From assembly GCA_951406725.2 (NCBI GenBank), contig OX597819.1, positions 116,498,001 to 116,562,000 on the forward strand: a stretch of 64,000 bases of DNA, written 5' to 3'. Below the pieces are notes generated by a model that was given only the letters and a program-made list of their open reading frames with translations, had not been told where the DNA came from and searched no databases. Numbering within the stretch: position 1 is the first letter of the stretch; the number at the start of each line of letters is the position of its first letter. Made by a program: the position numbers and the translations under genes. The DNA comes from Octopus vulgaris. Its lineage: Eukaryota. Shown in pieces: positions 38,983 to 53,962 of the stretch.

Positions 38983-39052
<70 letters not shown>

Positions 39053-39171
39053 CTCTCTCTCTCTCTCTCTCTCTCTTTATATATATATATATATACTCAT
39101 ACATATGTGGAAATCACTTTGTAGAGCTCAAAAGTTTACGGAGTGTAAGTTCAAATCTGAGCGCTACAATT

Positions 39172-39383
39172 GGGGCTAAACATAGAGGGGACAAACAAGG
39201 GCGGACAAACGAATTAAGTCGATTACACCGACCCTAGTGCGTAACTGGTACTTATTTGTCGACCCCGAAAGGATGAAAGCCAAAGTCGACCTCGGCGGAA
39301 TTCGAAATCAGGACGCAGCGGCGGACGAAATACCACAAAGCGTTTCGCCCGGCGCGCTAACATTTCTGCCAGTTCGCCGCCTT
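39172..39383 (-). mobile_element. SINE family B
   Basis: Family B head and body. Confidence 0.9.
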
Positions 39384-39672
39384 ACCCAGCTGATATATTA
39401 AAAGGGAAATGGTAGCGGCCAAGCTTGAATGATATTAAGAAGAATATTTTAAGAAAATTAGAGAGAATATCATGAGGAGGGAGATGACGAAACTATGGAA
39501 AGTTTTAATATTTTAAAAGTTTATGATTATCATTTTGCTCAGCGTCCGGAAATTTGACGACATCGTTACAAGCACGTATAAATATTGTTGAATTCTATAA
39601 TTCTTTCGTTAGGCGACTGTTGTTCTAAGTGTGTGCTTGTGATTTTATGTTGTCATGAGGCCTTTGCCTCTT

Positions 39673-39744
<72 letters not shown>

Positions 39745-39746
<2 letters not shown>

Positions 39747-40700
39747 AACTCTCTGGCTACTTGTAAAATGCAAGTTTAAGAATCGTGTCTACGTTCACAG
39801 TGCATATTTTCTTGTTTTTCTTTCTGTCTGGTTGCATGGCAGGCCGTGATTAAGTTGAGAGAAATTGTTGAGAAATCTTCTTGCTTTGTGTTGCTGTGTG
39901 AATATTTTATTCCTGGCTGTTAATGTGACATTGTAATTTTCTCACTGTTACTTTTGAAGTTGAGATTGCTAATTATTCTATATAATATTAAGCTGTGAAT
40001 AATGGGGCTTATTTTGGGCATAACATCTTTTGCTTCCAGTTTTCTTTTCTATTTTTGTTACATATTTGATTAATTGATTAATACTAAGTTTTATTTCCGT
40101 TTCGCGTGGCTTTGGTGTCTTGTGTCTGGAACTATCTCTGATGGTTATGAGGCTGGATATTTCTGGTCTTTATGACGCCTTGTCAGCCATTTTTTTTTTT
40201 CAGTCGCCTATAATTATTTTCTTCCATATATGCATTACACTGCTTATGTTAATGATTGCGACAATGAAATTTAAAAGCCTCGATTCGCTTTCGTCCTGGA
40301 TATCGTTCCATTAAGCTTTTTTGAAGTTTGTAAAAGTGCTTTTAGTTTACTAGAGATGAGAGAGTATGTTGCAAAGATAATTAGTGGATAGTCGAAGTAA
40401 TGTTTTAAGAATTTTTGCCAAATGATTGGAGAATGTAGTTTTATGGAGCAGAATATGACATCTGAGGGAAAATCGTTGAATTGTTGAGGCATATGAGTGT
40501 ATTTGTATTGATTACCGAATGTATGCGAGTTTAAAATGTGACTGTATTATCTCTTTTATGATTTATGGTATCGGAATCCAAGAGATGCGGAGTGCATTGA
40601 AGTCAGCCCAAATGTATGATATTCGTAAGTGTTAACATTTTATGGATGGAGTGTGAATTCTAATGCTGTGTTTGTAGAGTTTATCGATTGTATTTATATA
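39745..40700 (-). mobile_element. Possible decayed PLE 5' ORF region
   Basis: Strand-skewed composition next to (TA)n; KKLNGTISRTKANRGF weakly resembles PLE N-termini. Confidence 0.3.
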
Positions 40701-40837
40701 TTCTCTATCTGAATCAAAGTGTCTGTATATGTGCACACGCATGCGGTGCATATATGTGTATGTGTGTGTGTGTGTGTGTGTTTGTATTCGTGTGTCTATG
40801 TGCGTGTGTTTGCATGTTTATTTGAATGTGCTTTATA

Positions 40838-41120
40838 AACCTAGTACGTATTCAATCGGATTATTTTGCCGAACCATTAAGTTAGAGGGACGTAAACACA
40901 CCAACATCGGTTGTGAAACGGTGGTGGGGAACAAACACAGGCACACAATCATCCTCACATACATATATACGATGGGCTTCTTTCAGTTTCCGTCTACCAA
41001 ATCCACTCTGGTCGGCCCGAGGGTATAGTACAAAACACTTACCCAAGGTACCACGCATTGGGCCTGAACTCAGAATCATGTGGTTGGTAAGCAATACACT
41101 TACCACACAGCCACGCCTTG
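40838..41120 (-). mobile_element. SINE family A, diverged
   Basis: Family A motifs. Confidence 0.85.
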
Positions 41121-41249
41121 TCTGAATAGTTTTAAAACTTTGTATGACACTTGTGTTTATGGAAGGTTTAGAGGCTATTTCGTGCAGATTCCTAAATCCT
41201 GTCACATCCTGAAGCATGTCACGTATAATTTAGTATGATACATTTGCCA

Positions 41250-41945
41250 GACATGCATTCATACATACATACATACATACATACATGCATACATACATAC
41301 ATGCATACATACATACATGCATACATGCATACATGCATACATAAATACATACATACATGCATACATACATACATACATGCATACATACATACATACATAC
41401 ATACATACATACATACATAAAAAACACGCATACATACATACATACATACATGCATACATACATACATAAATACATACATACATTCATACATACATACATA
41501 CATACATACATACATACATACATACATACATACAAGCATACATACATACATACAAACACACACACATGCATATATACATACGTACGTACATACATACAAA
41601 CATACATACATACGTATATACATACATACATACATAAATACATACATACATAAATACATACATACATACAAACATACATACATACATTCATACATACATA
41701 CATACATACATACAAACATACATACATACATACAAACACACACACATACATACATATATACATACGTACGTACATACATACAAACATACATACATACATA
41801 CAAACACACACACATACATACATATATACATACGTACGTACATACGTACGTACATACGTACGTACATACATACATACATACATACATACGTACGTACGTA
41901 CGTACATACGTAGGCATAAATACTTAAATACACGTATGCATACAT
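41250..41945. repeat. ~700-bp degenerate (CATA)n tetranucleotide array
   Basis: CATA units with CATG/CGTA/CAAA variants. Confidence 0.95.
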
Positions 41946-42469
41946 AATATTCATGAAGCCAGCTTAAGTTGGAAACAAATCTGAACATTTCTACAGTTAT
42001 TAGGAGGCGGTAACTATGACAGATTTCTAGGCGTGATTATTCGTGTGTAAAATGTGGCTTGATTTAAACTAAAGAACCTTCTTGTTTGTCATTGTAAACA
42101 GCACGTTATTCCAATATTCTTTGTAAACACTCGTCGTCTTGTATCGTATCTGGAACAGATTGAGTGGTAGTAAATTGTTGTGCTAGTTTCACCAAATTCT
42201 GAAATACCTGACAGTATCGTGCGAAGAAGAGTGTTTCCTATAATCACAAAATCTTTTATGTATTATTTCTGTAAATTTGTCGATTCCAGACAAAATTGAA
42301 ACAGGTAGCAGGAATCCCTACAATTCTATAAAACCAAATCAAAAATATTATGCATTTAATTACTTTTCAATTTGCAATTAATTTGCCACAGCCCAATATT
42401 TTGTATATTTCTGTGTGTGTACGTTGACAAAATATTCTTACTTTGATGATAGAATATATATTGCTAGAA

Positions 42470-42700
42470 AAGCGGCGAGCTGGCAGAAACGTTAGCATGT
42501 CGGGCGAAATGTTTAGCGGTATTTCGTCTGTCGTTACGTTCTGAGTTCAAATTCCGCAGAGGTCGACTTTGCCTTTCATCCTTTCGGGGTCGATAAATTT
42601 AGTACCAGTTACGCACTGCGGTCGATGTAATCGACTTAATCCCTTTGTCTGTCCTTGTTTGTCCTCTCTATGTTTAGCCTCTTGTGGGCAATAAAGAAAT
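42470..42700 (+). mobile_element. SINE family B, full length
   Basis: Flanking repeat atatatattgctagaa on both sides. Confidence 0.93.
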
Positions 42701-43204
42701 ATATATATTGCTAGAATTTATGAGATTTCAATGATTCTGTTCAGAGAATGCCAAACTGAAATAACACTAAACCTAGTATAACCCCGTTTCGATACTTATT
42801 CGTGCCTCAGACTGCTTCTTCTGGTAATTATTACTAATCTACTAATCAATAATTTCACTGTTTGTCTAGTTGCATTGGCAATGTGATTAAATGGAAAGGC
42901 ATTCGGTCACATACATGTCAACAAATACTCATCATTCTTATACGCAAAGAATTATATATCTGCACGTATGAATGTAGTGATTTTATGCAGTTCTGTCCAA
43001 TTTATTCAAATATATATTTCCTTCGCCTTGGAAGTAAAAGTGCATATATTACCGATTTATATTCCTGAGGAATGTCAGTTTAATTGTCGGATTTAGGGAT
43101 TCTCTTCGGTGGCTGTTGTTTTGCTTCATCTAATTACACTTTATTAATCCAAAGTTATTGCTATCTACTGTATTTCTATTTCGAGTTCATATTGGTTTTA
43201 CATT

Positions 43205-43390
43205 TTGACACGAGGTCACTAATTTGGCGAAGGGGTTTCGTCGATTACATCAGCTAGTAATTATTTTATCGTCCTCGAAAAGATAAATGGTACAGTCGAT
43301 CTCGGCGGAATTTGAACCCAGAACAGTAGAGACGGACGCAATACCGCTAAACGTTTTGCCCGGCGTGCTAACAATTCTGGCCGCACGTTG
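43205..43390 (-). mobile_element. SINE Bb, diverged
   Basis: gtcgatctcggcggaatttgaac..cccggcgtgctaac. Confidence 0.7.
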
Positions 43391-46240
43391 TCTTACTCCG
43401 CGTTGATATGTGAGCATATTATATAACCTAATGCTTGTAAAATTTTGAATGAGGATAAAACAAATAAAATATATAGCTTCAGAATTTCCGAACTGTTCAA
43501 TAAGACGAGGTGCAATTTTGCACATGTAGGATGATTTGAAAGCGTGCTTGTATAGAGAGATAAAGTCTTTCTAAGTTTTAATTTCAGATATGGACGTATG
43601 CTCAGAACCGACTATAAATTAAATTGAAAATTGAAAAAAGGTGTTATTTTGTTGTCCCAATGAAAATACCTTTGACAGTTTTTCTATAGATTTTTGTATT
43701 GCTTTCTTGTTTCAAATGAGATAGCTAAAATCAATTAACCTAGAAATAATTTAGTTGTTAACATTTAGTAGAAGAGAGTAATTGCTTGGTTTATCAATTT
43801 TTTTTTCAACTAACAGCTTTTAGTTTTTTGACATTATGCAAATGCAAACATCATAATTAACTAACTAAACATAATTAAAATTTCTTCCCAGTTCATCAGA
43901 GAAAAATTCTTTCAATAGAGCGAAACACATAAAATGTCACCATCTCAGACAACTGCTTAAGAACCAAAAGCGAGGTTGTAGGTTGTTTCTCGACATGCTA
44001 TAAATACTAGCAATTATATTCTAAAGTCAACTACTAATAAATGAAGTAAACGTCAGTTTGAAAAGAAGATTCTGACGCGATAGTAATATACATGGAGCTA
44101 ATTACGTGGTAAATTACCGTCTTCATAAGATTATTATAAAACTATGATTTTTAAATACAATGGAAAGCCCACTGATGAAAGTGCTGACTGTCTGCAGATA
44201 CAACAATATATCATACTTTTAGGAGTACTCAAGGAATCAAAGTTTATCGTAATATATCGTTAAAATTATTATAAGAAGTCAGGGGAATGAAAATGGCTTT
44301 ATTTTCCCTTCCCTGTTCATTATTGCATGTATGTGTCTCTTTGAATTTGCGCATGTGTGTAACGTGAATATATTTGTGTATAAGCGAGTACATGTTTGTG
44401 TGTCGTTTCATATTTTCCTTTTATTTCTATGTCTATTCTTCTCTATGTTGGTTTGTGTACAACACTATATGTTTGTGAGCGTATATGATGAGTTTGTATG
44501 TTTGCGAGTATCTATATTTGTAAGAGATTGTGTTCTGTTGATGATAGAAAACGATATTAGAAATTCTTAATTATATCATGAATGATTATTGCATTATCAT
44601 TTATATTGCTATACATTTTTCTACAGGAATAATGATTTCATAATAACACTATAAATTTTATTTTATATCCATCTCGAATTAAATATTAAATTTTGCTTGT
44701 TATATTTAGAGATAAATTCTGGCATTTCTATATCTTATTTAAATAAATCATTTCCCCCAAAGTCCATTTTATATATACTTAAATTAATATCTCCATTTAG
44801 ATTATGTCCTATTATTTCTCTCTCACTCTGTTAACAATTTTCTTTAAATCAGATTACCATTATTGGGTTGTTTTAAACCAGTCATTGTCAGAATAATGAG
44901 ATTATATTTATATAATGTGCTTAGTTACTCGGTTTTCTTATGTTGCAAGTAAGATTTTGTAAAATTCTTTACATTTTATTAGCTCTTATCTATATTGCCT
45001 TTCAGGAACATATATTCAATCCGAAATTTAAACTTTCGAATTTCTACTTCTTTTTTCCCTACATTGTCTTGCAAAGATAATTTGATATTTTACAAACTAC
45101 ATTTATTTATTGTTATATTTCATTAGAAAATTATTAATAATATATATTCGAATATATTTCTAGATTTTATTGACCTTCGCCAATATTATTACACATCTCT
45201 ATCCCCTAAGAGTATTTCTCCTCCGATACATTTTTTTCTATCTCTGCACTTCTGACGAATATTCAGTATTACTGCAATAATTGGCATCCATCAAGAACAA
45301 AAGCATATTTTTGTCATCAGCCGTTACTTAAGGTAACTTATAAACACGTAGTATCTTTTAAACTAGGCTATTTCCCCGTAAACAATTCGATTATACACAT
45401 GTTATGATTTTACAGAGAAATTCTTGCTAAATTTTGATATTTTAAAATATCGCTTCTCTGTTGGACGACTGTTATTTATTAAAGATTACACTAAACAACA
45501 CCAAAGTACGTCAACGTTTTTAGCATAAATATTATTTCTTAATTCCTGTGTTACTTTAGAGAGATAGATGCCTCGAGTTAAACAACAAAGTTTTCCACGG
45601 CAACTGCATGAATATATGGAATATATACGAATTTCTAGTTTTCCCATCTATCAACAAATGGAATATTTCTGATATGCATTTAGTGACCATAGCAAAATGG
45701 CTGCAAGGTTCAGCTTCATTGTGATACTGTACACACATAGTTAAATGCATCAGTTCCTAAACTATGTCACTGCACACATAAAACTGTTGTTATTAAATTT
45801 ACTGTAGATAATAAATACATTTTTATTTTGGACTAGGATTAGTGATGCATACATTTCCTATCTTTCATTCCTTCGCAGGAAAACTATACCATAAATCTTA
45901 CTTTTTTTGTTTTCTTTTTTTAATATTTAAGTCTATTGTTGTATTCAAAGGAAATTACAATCAGAATTCTGGCTTTGCTGGAATGTTTTGATAATTTTAC
46001 ATCCACAAAGTCTTACAAAAGTAGCAGGTTCTGGACAACAGTGTAAAATTTACAATATTTATTTAGCCTATGAATGAAACACACTAACCGTACACAATCA
46101 TTAAATATGTTCCCATCTTTGTACATCTCATAGTTTTTAACATATAGAAAATTTCTGACTTTTTCATTATCTTCACACATTCTACAGTCATTGGTATGAG
46201 TGAGTTTACACCGCATTTATCTAATGCTTTCATGTGCCTT

Positions 46241-46311
<71 letters not shown>

Positions 46312-46563
46312 ATAATGGGAGAAAGGAAGGAAAGAAACGAAACGAAACGACGCGAGGGCGCTCAGTCATACAATAATGTAATAAATAAAATATATGCATA
46401 CATACATATATGTACGTACCTACATCTACATGTATATATACATGTATATATACATGCATATATAAATATATATATGTGAGTATGTATATATATGTACATA
46501 TATGTGTGAGTGTGTGTATGTTTATGTATGTATGTACTATGCATGTATGTATACACACACGCA

Positions 46564-46599
<36 letters not shown>

Positions 46600-46989
46600 C
46601 ACACACACATATATATGCCTGCATGTGTGTGCGTGTGTGTATGTGCATTCTACAAAAGAATCTGGACTGAGTTCATTTTGCACAGGTTGAATTAATGTCA
46701 TTGAAATTTACGCTTGTATAAAGATTTCCAGAGATATCAAATCATCCAGAACATATAACTAGATATATATTATCTGTAACAATTAAAAGGTGGGATACAA
46801 AACATAATATACATGTGAGACGAAAGTAAATAACCATGATTCATGAAGCACACTGATCCCTTGGTGATTGTAAGACACATGCATATACGCAGTGAATGTA
46901 GTGTTTTGGAAGGCATAGCTATTTTGCTTACTCTCCTCACTATATTGCCGTAAGTGGATTTTGTCGCAGAATTGATCTATTAGGGATTA

Positions 46990-48300
46990 TAAATTTTTGC
47001 ATTTTCCCGTTCTAATTATCGGTGACATACACCATTTTCTTGATCTCAATCTAAACACTGCATGTGACAAAGATATGAACCGGAAATTATCCATAGAATT
47101 CCCAGTTTTAGTGTTCTTTCTCAGGAGGGCTGCCGCATACGGGCTTACATAACTAGGAATTCTGTGTGCTGATATCTGTTTCGGTAGGAGTTAGATAAGG
47201 CATCACCAAAGAATTCCGGAAAATAGCCATCAAAGTTGTAAGATAGACTATACGATTCGGTAAACATATCACATAACTCAGTTCTCTCGAATTGTCAAGC
47301 AAAGTGCAGCCGGAAATACGCATACGTCTGCTTACATTCAAGGGACATGCACCCATCCTGGGTCATCTAAAGGTATATTGCTTTAGTCCCACTTACACTA
47401 AAACGTTCGTGCAAAACGTTCGTGCTCAATTGTTTTAGAACCCTATATCTAGCTCTGAAACGTAATCCTAATATGTGCATAGAGAAATAGCCGAACATCA
47501 TTCTCACTGGTAGCACATGAAAGCAACCCCTTTCGATTTTAGTTTGCCAGCACATTTCTGTAATTTTCTTTCACTTGCTTTTCACAAGATAATATGTACC
47601 TATAATCCCCATTTTCAGTAATCCTTACTACTGTAAGCCTTAACCGCCCGAAACGAGGTTTTCAGCTAAATCTAGATAGACATCTCTTTACAAGATCTAT
47701 GTTGGTTCATCGTATTGTCCAAATGTTAGGATCTTGTCTAACTCTGGGCATCTTAAGTTACTAATGTCTTGTGATCTAATGAATACCCTCCCTAGATAAG
47801 ATCTGCTTGACCCAATAAGAGTACACCAAGTACCTACGAGGCATTCGATTGATACCTTCAGGGAGTTGGAAATATTTGAAAGCTTGCTATACTTTCCAAA
47901 TCCCACATTTATCAGCTAGTCACACGCAAACCCTTTATGCTTCTTGGATATCGATCCAGACGCCAACTAGTTCCTAAAAGCGAGAATTTTACAAGAGTAC
48001 TTCCAGACACCTGAAAGCTTTGCCCTCTTTATATTTCTCGAGAAATGTACTACCCATAGTCTGAAACCAGTACTTCTGTTGCCGTACGGGCTCAAGATCA
48101 TAACCTTCCGTTCCGATTCTAGAAAGTTTGCGCGTACCCCGAGATTTGATAACAAACGAAATAACACTGCGGTTTTTCTTCTGTTCTCGGCTAGCTAAGT
48201 GGCACTATACTTACATCGTAGCCATTAAATATGTGTCAGTGTGCGCATGCTGGGGATCTAGTAAGCTAACGTTATTAACTCCCAAACCACGAGTATCATC
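46990..48300 (-). mobile_element. Heavily decayed L1/Tx1-like ORF2 (linker and start of RT)
   Basis: Hand translation: YAYFRLHFA, LCDMF..SYNFDGYFP, ALLRKNTKTGNSMDNFRFISL resembling the L1-type 'DNFRPITLL' motif; many stops. Confidence 0.5.
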
Positions 48301-49860
48301 AATCGGTATTTCAATAGAGAACATCAAAATTCATCAATTGATCTTTCAAATGTTTTACATGAATTCCGTCACCATCAATGATGCTCGAGGGGCTTCTTAT
48401 TCAAATGCCCCTAATCATTAGCGTCCCTTATCTATGGGAGAATTCAAATCATAAATAGAAATTTTATATAGTGTTGAAAGTCTTTTTCACACTTTTCTTC
48501 CTCATCAGGTGAGGCGATGATGATAATGATGACGATGACGAGGATCTAGATTGCACAGGGGGATGTTATTCTTCAACTAGCTCTGGGTTGAAAATGCATC
48601 GATTTGTACATTAGTTTGTAAACTGTAATAAGGCAATACCAAACGAATTTATACAAATGAAAATGAGTATTTTACGGCACTTTTCGTCATTTTAATTGGC
48701 AAGAGACTTACAATTACAAATTTTGGAGTTTTTTCTTCTTTTGTTTTTTCGCGTTTTTATGTCCGTCTTGGTTCAACCCATTCCTGACTTTTAAGGGTTA
48801 AGCCAGCTTGCTTCCGAATTGAGCCCAGGAACCCACATTTGTACTACCTACACTGATATTAGCGTTGTCCACAGGTAAAAAGAAATATGAGCTAATAGGG
48901 CTTCCCTCTAATTAATTTCAATGATATTTGAAGCTCTTGTTATATATCGGGATGGTCATACATCTTTTTCTTTTTCCTTTTTTTCGCCAAATAAACACAT
49001 GCAGTGTGTTTATTGGGCGACAAAATAATTATGATGAAAAAATAATTATGACCATCCTGAAATATAACAATTTCTGTTTCACCACACGATTTCGCATCAG
49101 GAATCTTTCTAAACAAATACATATTTGAGATCGCTCCAGCGAAAAGTCCGACCTTGCCTTAATTATGATGCCAACTGTTTTCAACAATCACCGTTGAGAG
49201 CGGTGGTGGTGTTGTTATAGTTAGCAGTACTAGTAGCAGCACTAGCAGCAATAGTGATGTTTTCGTTACTTTACGGCGAACACTGTTTGATATTATTGTT
49301 GTTATTAATGCCTCGTCGTTGATGGTGTTGATGATGGAGAAACAGAGATTTCAATTTTGCCTGCTCTGTTCATGTTTCTGCTTTTCCTGTTGTCGTTGCT
49401 ACTTTGATCTGTTGTGGTGGTGATGGTGATGGTAGTGCTGTTCGACACGCTGTTCACTTTAGCCTCATCATAGCGACGGTTGAGGAAATTTTCAGAATTG
49501 AACTCCCGAAGGAGGTAGTGAGCAATACCTTGGCCATGGGAAATATTAGACACCTAAATGCCCTCCTACCTCCAGTTTCAGTTCATTTGCTTTAGACGAC
49601 GTCACCGTTATATCAAAATAATATTTTGCAAAACAATAAATTCAATATTTTGTTTTGGAATGGTAAACACAAAGACGAAATAAAAAAGGAATCCACTAAC
49701 CAGGTGGGTTTTCAGTTTTATTAATAAACAGGTATTTAAAAAATATATTTGAAAACAAACTGTCTCTAAAATATTCGATTAAAAGCAGCAAACATACGGA
49801 AAATTCTCAAGTGTGTACTGTTGATATAACTACAACAAGAAATAACATCAATAACAAGAC

Positions 49861-51919
49861 ATGTTTTTCTTGTTAAAGCCGTCGTGCCGTCTGCGACTAA
49901 ACTGGTAACCTCACGGAGCTTGCGTTGTGAGGAGGGTGCTTTTTGCTATTTGGTCACTCTGCCGGATGAAATACAAAACCTGACTAAGGGCGGATGAACT
50001 CTGAGGAGCCAACGGCCGTCTAAATAACGACTTGTTCACCATTCACCAGCTGCGGAGCACTGACTACTGGGTTTAGTATCCAGCACAGAATACCTCACTT
50101 AGACTCTTAAGGGGAGAAGGGCCTCTTTGAGTCTTTTTAGACAAACCACTCTAGAGATAGTGCCTCGGTAAAAATAGTAGTGGTTGTGACTTCTCAACAC
50201 TTCCATTTACATGAGAGTAATGAATAATAGAAACAAAGGCGTAAGTGAGGACGGGACAACAGGTGGCGGATTTTCGCCCGGCGGGTGCCATATGACTGAA
50301 CAGTACATTATACGACTGCTAGAACAAAATGGACTAGGGCGATGAATATAGCTGCCATGGAATATTATTGTTTGAGCAGACCCACTGATAATGAATGGAG
50401 ACCTATAAGAGGATATAGAAATAGGATGCATAACATATGCATGGAGAAGCAGAACTCAGATATTACGGAACAGAGACTTGGTGACCTGGCAAGAGCAATA
50501 GGGAAGAAAGGCGGGCTAACAGTATTAGAGCTCGATGATATTAGGAGGAGGTTGATGACCAAAAATACAGGGCGCGATGCAGAAGTAGATAGGGAATGCT
50601 GACGATGCTGCATTTAATGAGAGTAACCGAGAGAGGTATAATATCTGAAGCCCTGAGTATAGAGAAAGACTAAATAATGGAGACAAAGGAATGATCGAAG
50701 GCATTACTATTATCGTTGAGGCAAATCTAGATATAGAAAGAAATGGATTCAGGAGAGGAGATAGAAATTTTCTCAGGGTGTGGCGCTTAAGGGGAATAAG
50801 ATACTGAAAGCAATCAAGACAAATAATATAACCGGGATAAATAGATTGATTAAAGCTTGCAGCATCTACATAGGAAATAAAGCAGGCCTCAAACCAAACT
50901 GTAAATGGTGGAATGAAGAAAAAGTGCCTTGGAGGAAAAGAAGAATAAAACAATCAATGAACGAACTACGAAAATATATGAACATCTTGGAAAGAAAGAA
51001 AAAGTGAAATCAAGAGGGAGGAGAAATATCAGGAACAAGAACGTAGATATAGGAGAGAGAAAATTGGATAAATATGGTTCTTCAAGAGTTGAAACAAAGA
51101 TTGCAGGTTAAAGCGACAAAGATTTATAGATATGACCAAATATAAAATCAACAGATTGTTCCAACAAGACCAGAAAAAGCATTTATCAACAGCTGAATGG
51201 AAAGTTTAACACGAGTGAGAAACCAGATGCTGAAGAAAGTAGAAGGTTTTGGAGTAACACCTGGGATAACGGAAGAATGCATAACAAAGATGTTAAATGG
51301 ATGAAGGAATTAAGGTGAAACACAATAGTATTAGAATAACAACTGAAATGGTAACCGAACAGACAACAAAGATCCCAAACAGGAAATGCCCTGCCACGGA
51401 TAGGGTACAAGGGTACTGGCTGACAAATTTTCCAGCACTACACAGCAGAATAACCAGGCAAAGGGATAAAATGTTCAACAACGGCTTAAAATCCAAAAAG
51501 CCACACGTAAAACAAATATTTGCCAAAAGTTTCCCAGCAAAGATAATGCAGTGGATATTCACCGGTCTATCACTTTCCTGCCCCTGATGCAGAATCTGAT
51601 GAACACTTATGATAATCGACATTGCATACCCCAATACATCAATTTCAAAGAAGAAAAAAGAAACAACTCTGACGATTTAATGTGATAGCAATAGCAATTG
51701 GTATATTTGGAAGTATCAGCATTCAACTACCAGCATGACTGAAATAGATCGATGCGAGTGTGGAGGTAAAACACCTACAAATACCAGCATTGCTTAGAAC
51801 TGCAAGACTTGTTCGCAGGTTTCTTCAAGCATGACCAATAAACAAGTGTCATCTTAGTCTGCTAGCTATGGACAGCTGACACTTTCCACCATAGTCAGCA
51901 AAATAAGCTGTAAGTTTTC

Positions 51920-51921
<2 letters not shown>
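49861..51921 (+). mobile_element. Dong/R4-like LINE with internal deletion
   Basis: YY.LSRP..GYRNRM..TEQRLGD, PWRKRRI, INRLFQQDQK, PDAEESRRFWS, PATDRVQGYWL, then REL remnant LIIDIAYP..ALLRTARLVRRFL; ends in (TAA)n. Confidence 0.88.
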
Positions 51922-51988
<67 letters not shown>

Positions 51989-52007
51989 TAAAAATGATAA
52001 TAAAAAA

Positions 52008-52552
52008 TACCTTGGTGCAGTACCAGGCAGTGGTTCTCATGGCTTGTGATCTTAACACATTGGAAGTGTTCTGTACATTGTTTTGTCTTAGTATAAAAGA
52101 TGGGCTACAGCAAATATTCTGCTCAATACCACAGATTTGCTTCTCAGTTGTTTGACCTTAACCAGTTGAGCATGTCACGTAGTGGCTGATGATATGTGCA
52201 TCTCTGATCACGAGCAGAAGTAGTGGGGAAACAGCATGTCTATGTGTTAAGAGGAATTGCTTGGGGTTTGGATAATTCCCATAGGTGTTTTGTTCAATAT
52301 CCTTAAACAACCCATATTCAGTAACATTTCTAGCAGGATGGGCTATTCAAGAAGATATTTCTAACTGCACCCTACCTGCAAGGACCTGTGCTGTTTATCT
52401 CGATATGAAATAACATGTCGCACACACATGGTTGTGATGCATGTGCCAGGTGTACCCTTATTAGACGGGTAGTCATGATGGGTATTCTGGGCTTCGTATA
52501 TTTTACCCCAGTGTCCCTTTGGTGGCATACACTGCTCTCTCATTCAATAATG
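52008..52552 (+). mobile_element. Retroposon 3' fragment inserted in (TAA)n, probably a Dong/R4 3' UTR
   Basis: Bounded by (TAA)n and (TGA)n; second copy inverted at 56370-56570. Confidence 0.65.
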
Positions 52553-53205
52553 ATGATGATGATGATGATGAGTAAGCAAAGATATTGAAAGGCGTCGAGG
52601 AAAAATTCAAATATTGAAATACTCCGGTATCAAAAATAATACGAAGAAAACAAGACTGTCATTTTGTTGTAGTTGTGTTGATTATATCTTAGTGATCGAT
52701 CGTAGGAATGTCCACAACCGTAAACCCATGCATTTCAACTAGCAAAGGTATTGTGTATATTACTGCTCGAGCACCGATGACGATCTATTTGAAGTGCAGT
52801 ACTGTTAAGTGGAGTTAGAACTGAGAATAGGTTACAAAAACCTAAAAGAGGTAAAAACGATAAAAGAACAACGAAGTAACAGACAGACCAGAATTTGAAA
52901 AGTTTACACTCATCCAGTTGATAATGTAGTCAGCGGTTTGCAGCATTACCAAATCTGTGACCAGAATAATTCCGAAATAGCGAGTTGTTTAAAAGATGCC
53001 ATGTTAAACACCTTTGCATGTAGACTCCAGGAAAATTACCCTTACTCTGCCTTTTGTTCGTGAAATTTGCAACTATTTCGAATACGCAGAAGTGGCATTT
53101 CGGACAGCATCTTCAGTTCTATAATTATCCACCGTAAGTGACTTCTACGTCTGAAAATATTTTCACTTACGTTCACGTCTGTCTTCTCTATGAAATCTTA
53201 ACAGT

Positions 53206-53369
53206 AGGCGTAGGAATGGCTGTGTAATAAGTAACTTTCTTACGAAGCACATGGTTCCGGGTTCAGTCTTACTGCGTGGTACCTTGGGCAAGTGTCTTCT
53301 AATATAACCTCGGGCTGACCAAAGCCTTGTGAGTGGATTTGGCAGACGGAAACTGAAAGAAGCCCGTCG

Positions 53370-53404
<35 letters not shown>

Positions 53405-53636
53405 ATGTCTTTACTACCCACAAGGGGCTAAACACAGAGGGGACAAACAAGGACAGACCAAGGGATTAAGTCGATTACATCGACCGCAGTGCGTAACTGG
53501 TACTTAATTTATCGACCCCGAAAGGATGAAAGGCAAAGTCGACCTCGGTGGAATTTGAATCCAGAACGTAACGGCAGACGAAATACGGCTACGCATTTCG
53601 CCCGGCGTGCTAACTTTTCTGCCAGCTCGCCGCCTT

Positions 53637-53726
<90 letters not shown>

Positions 53727-53962
53727 TGTATGTGTATATGTTTGTGTGTCCGTGTTTGTCCCTCCAATACCGCTTGATAATCGATGCTGGTGTGTTTACG
53801 TCTCCGTATCTTAGTGGTTCGGTAAAAAGAGACCGATAGAAGAAGTACTAGGCTTACAAAGAATAAGTCCTTGGGTCGATTTGCTCGATTATATGCCGTG
53901 CTCCAGCATGGCCACATTCACATGACTGAAACAAGTAAAAGAGTAAAAGAGTAAAGAGTAAA
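53206..53962 (+). mobile_element. SINE A with a nested minus-strand SINE B (53405-53637)
   Basis: A head and tail flank a full B copy inserted in the internal microsatellite. Confidence 0.92.

Larger units (their letters stand above)
35751..38985 (+). mobile_element. Penelope-like element (Neptune-type), flanked by (TA)n
   Basis: RT, Cys-rich linker, GIY-YIG and hammerhead-containing 3' region; (TA)n on both sides. Confidence 0.93.

Noticed and set aside
45164-45723. Exon-like segments with AG/GT boundaries (45164-45331, 45560-45723)
   Set aside because: The first has stops in all three frames and the second has no recognisable homology; UTR or lncRNA exons cannot be excluded
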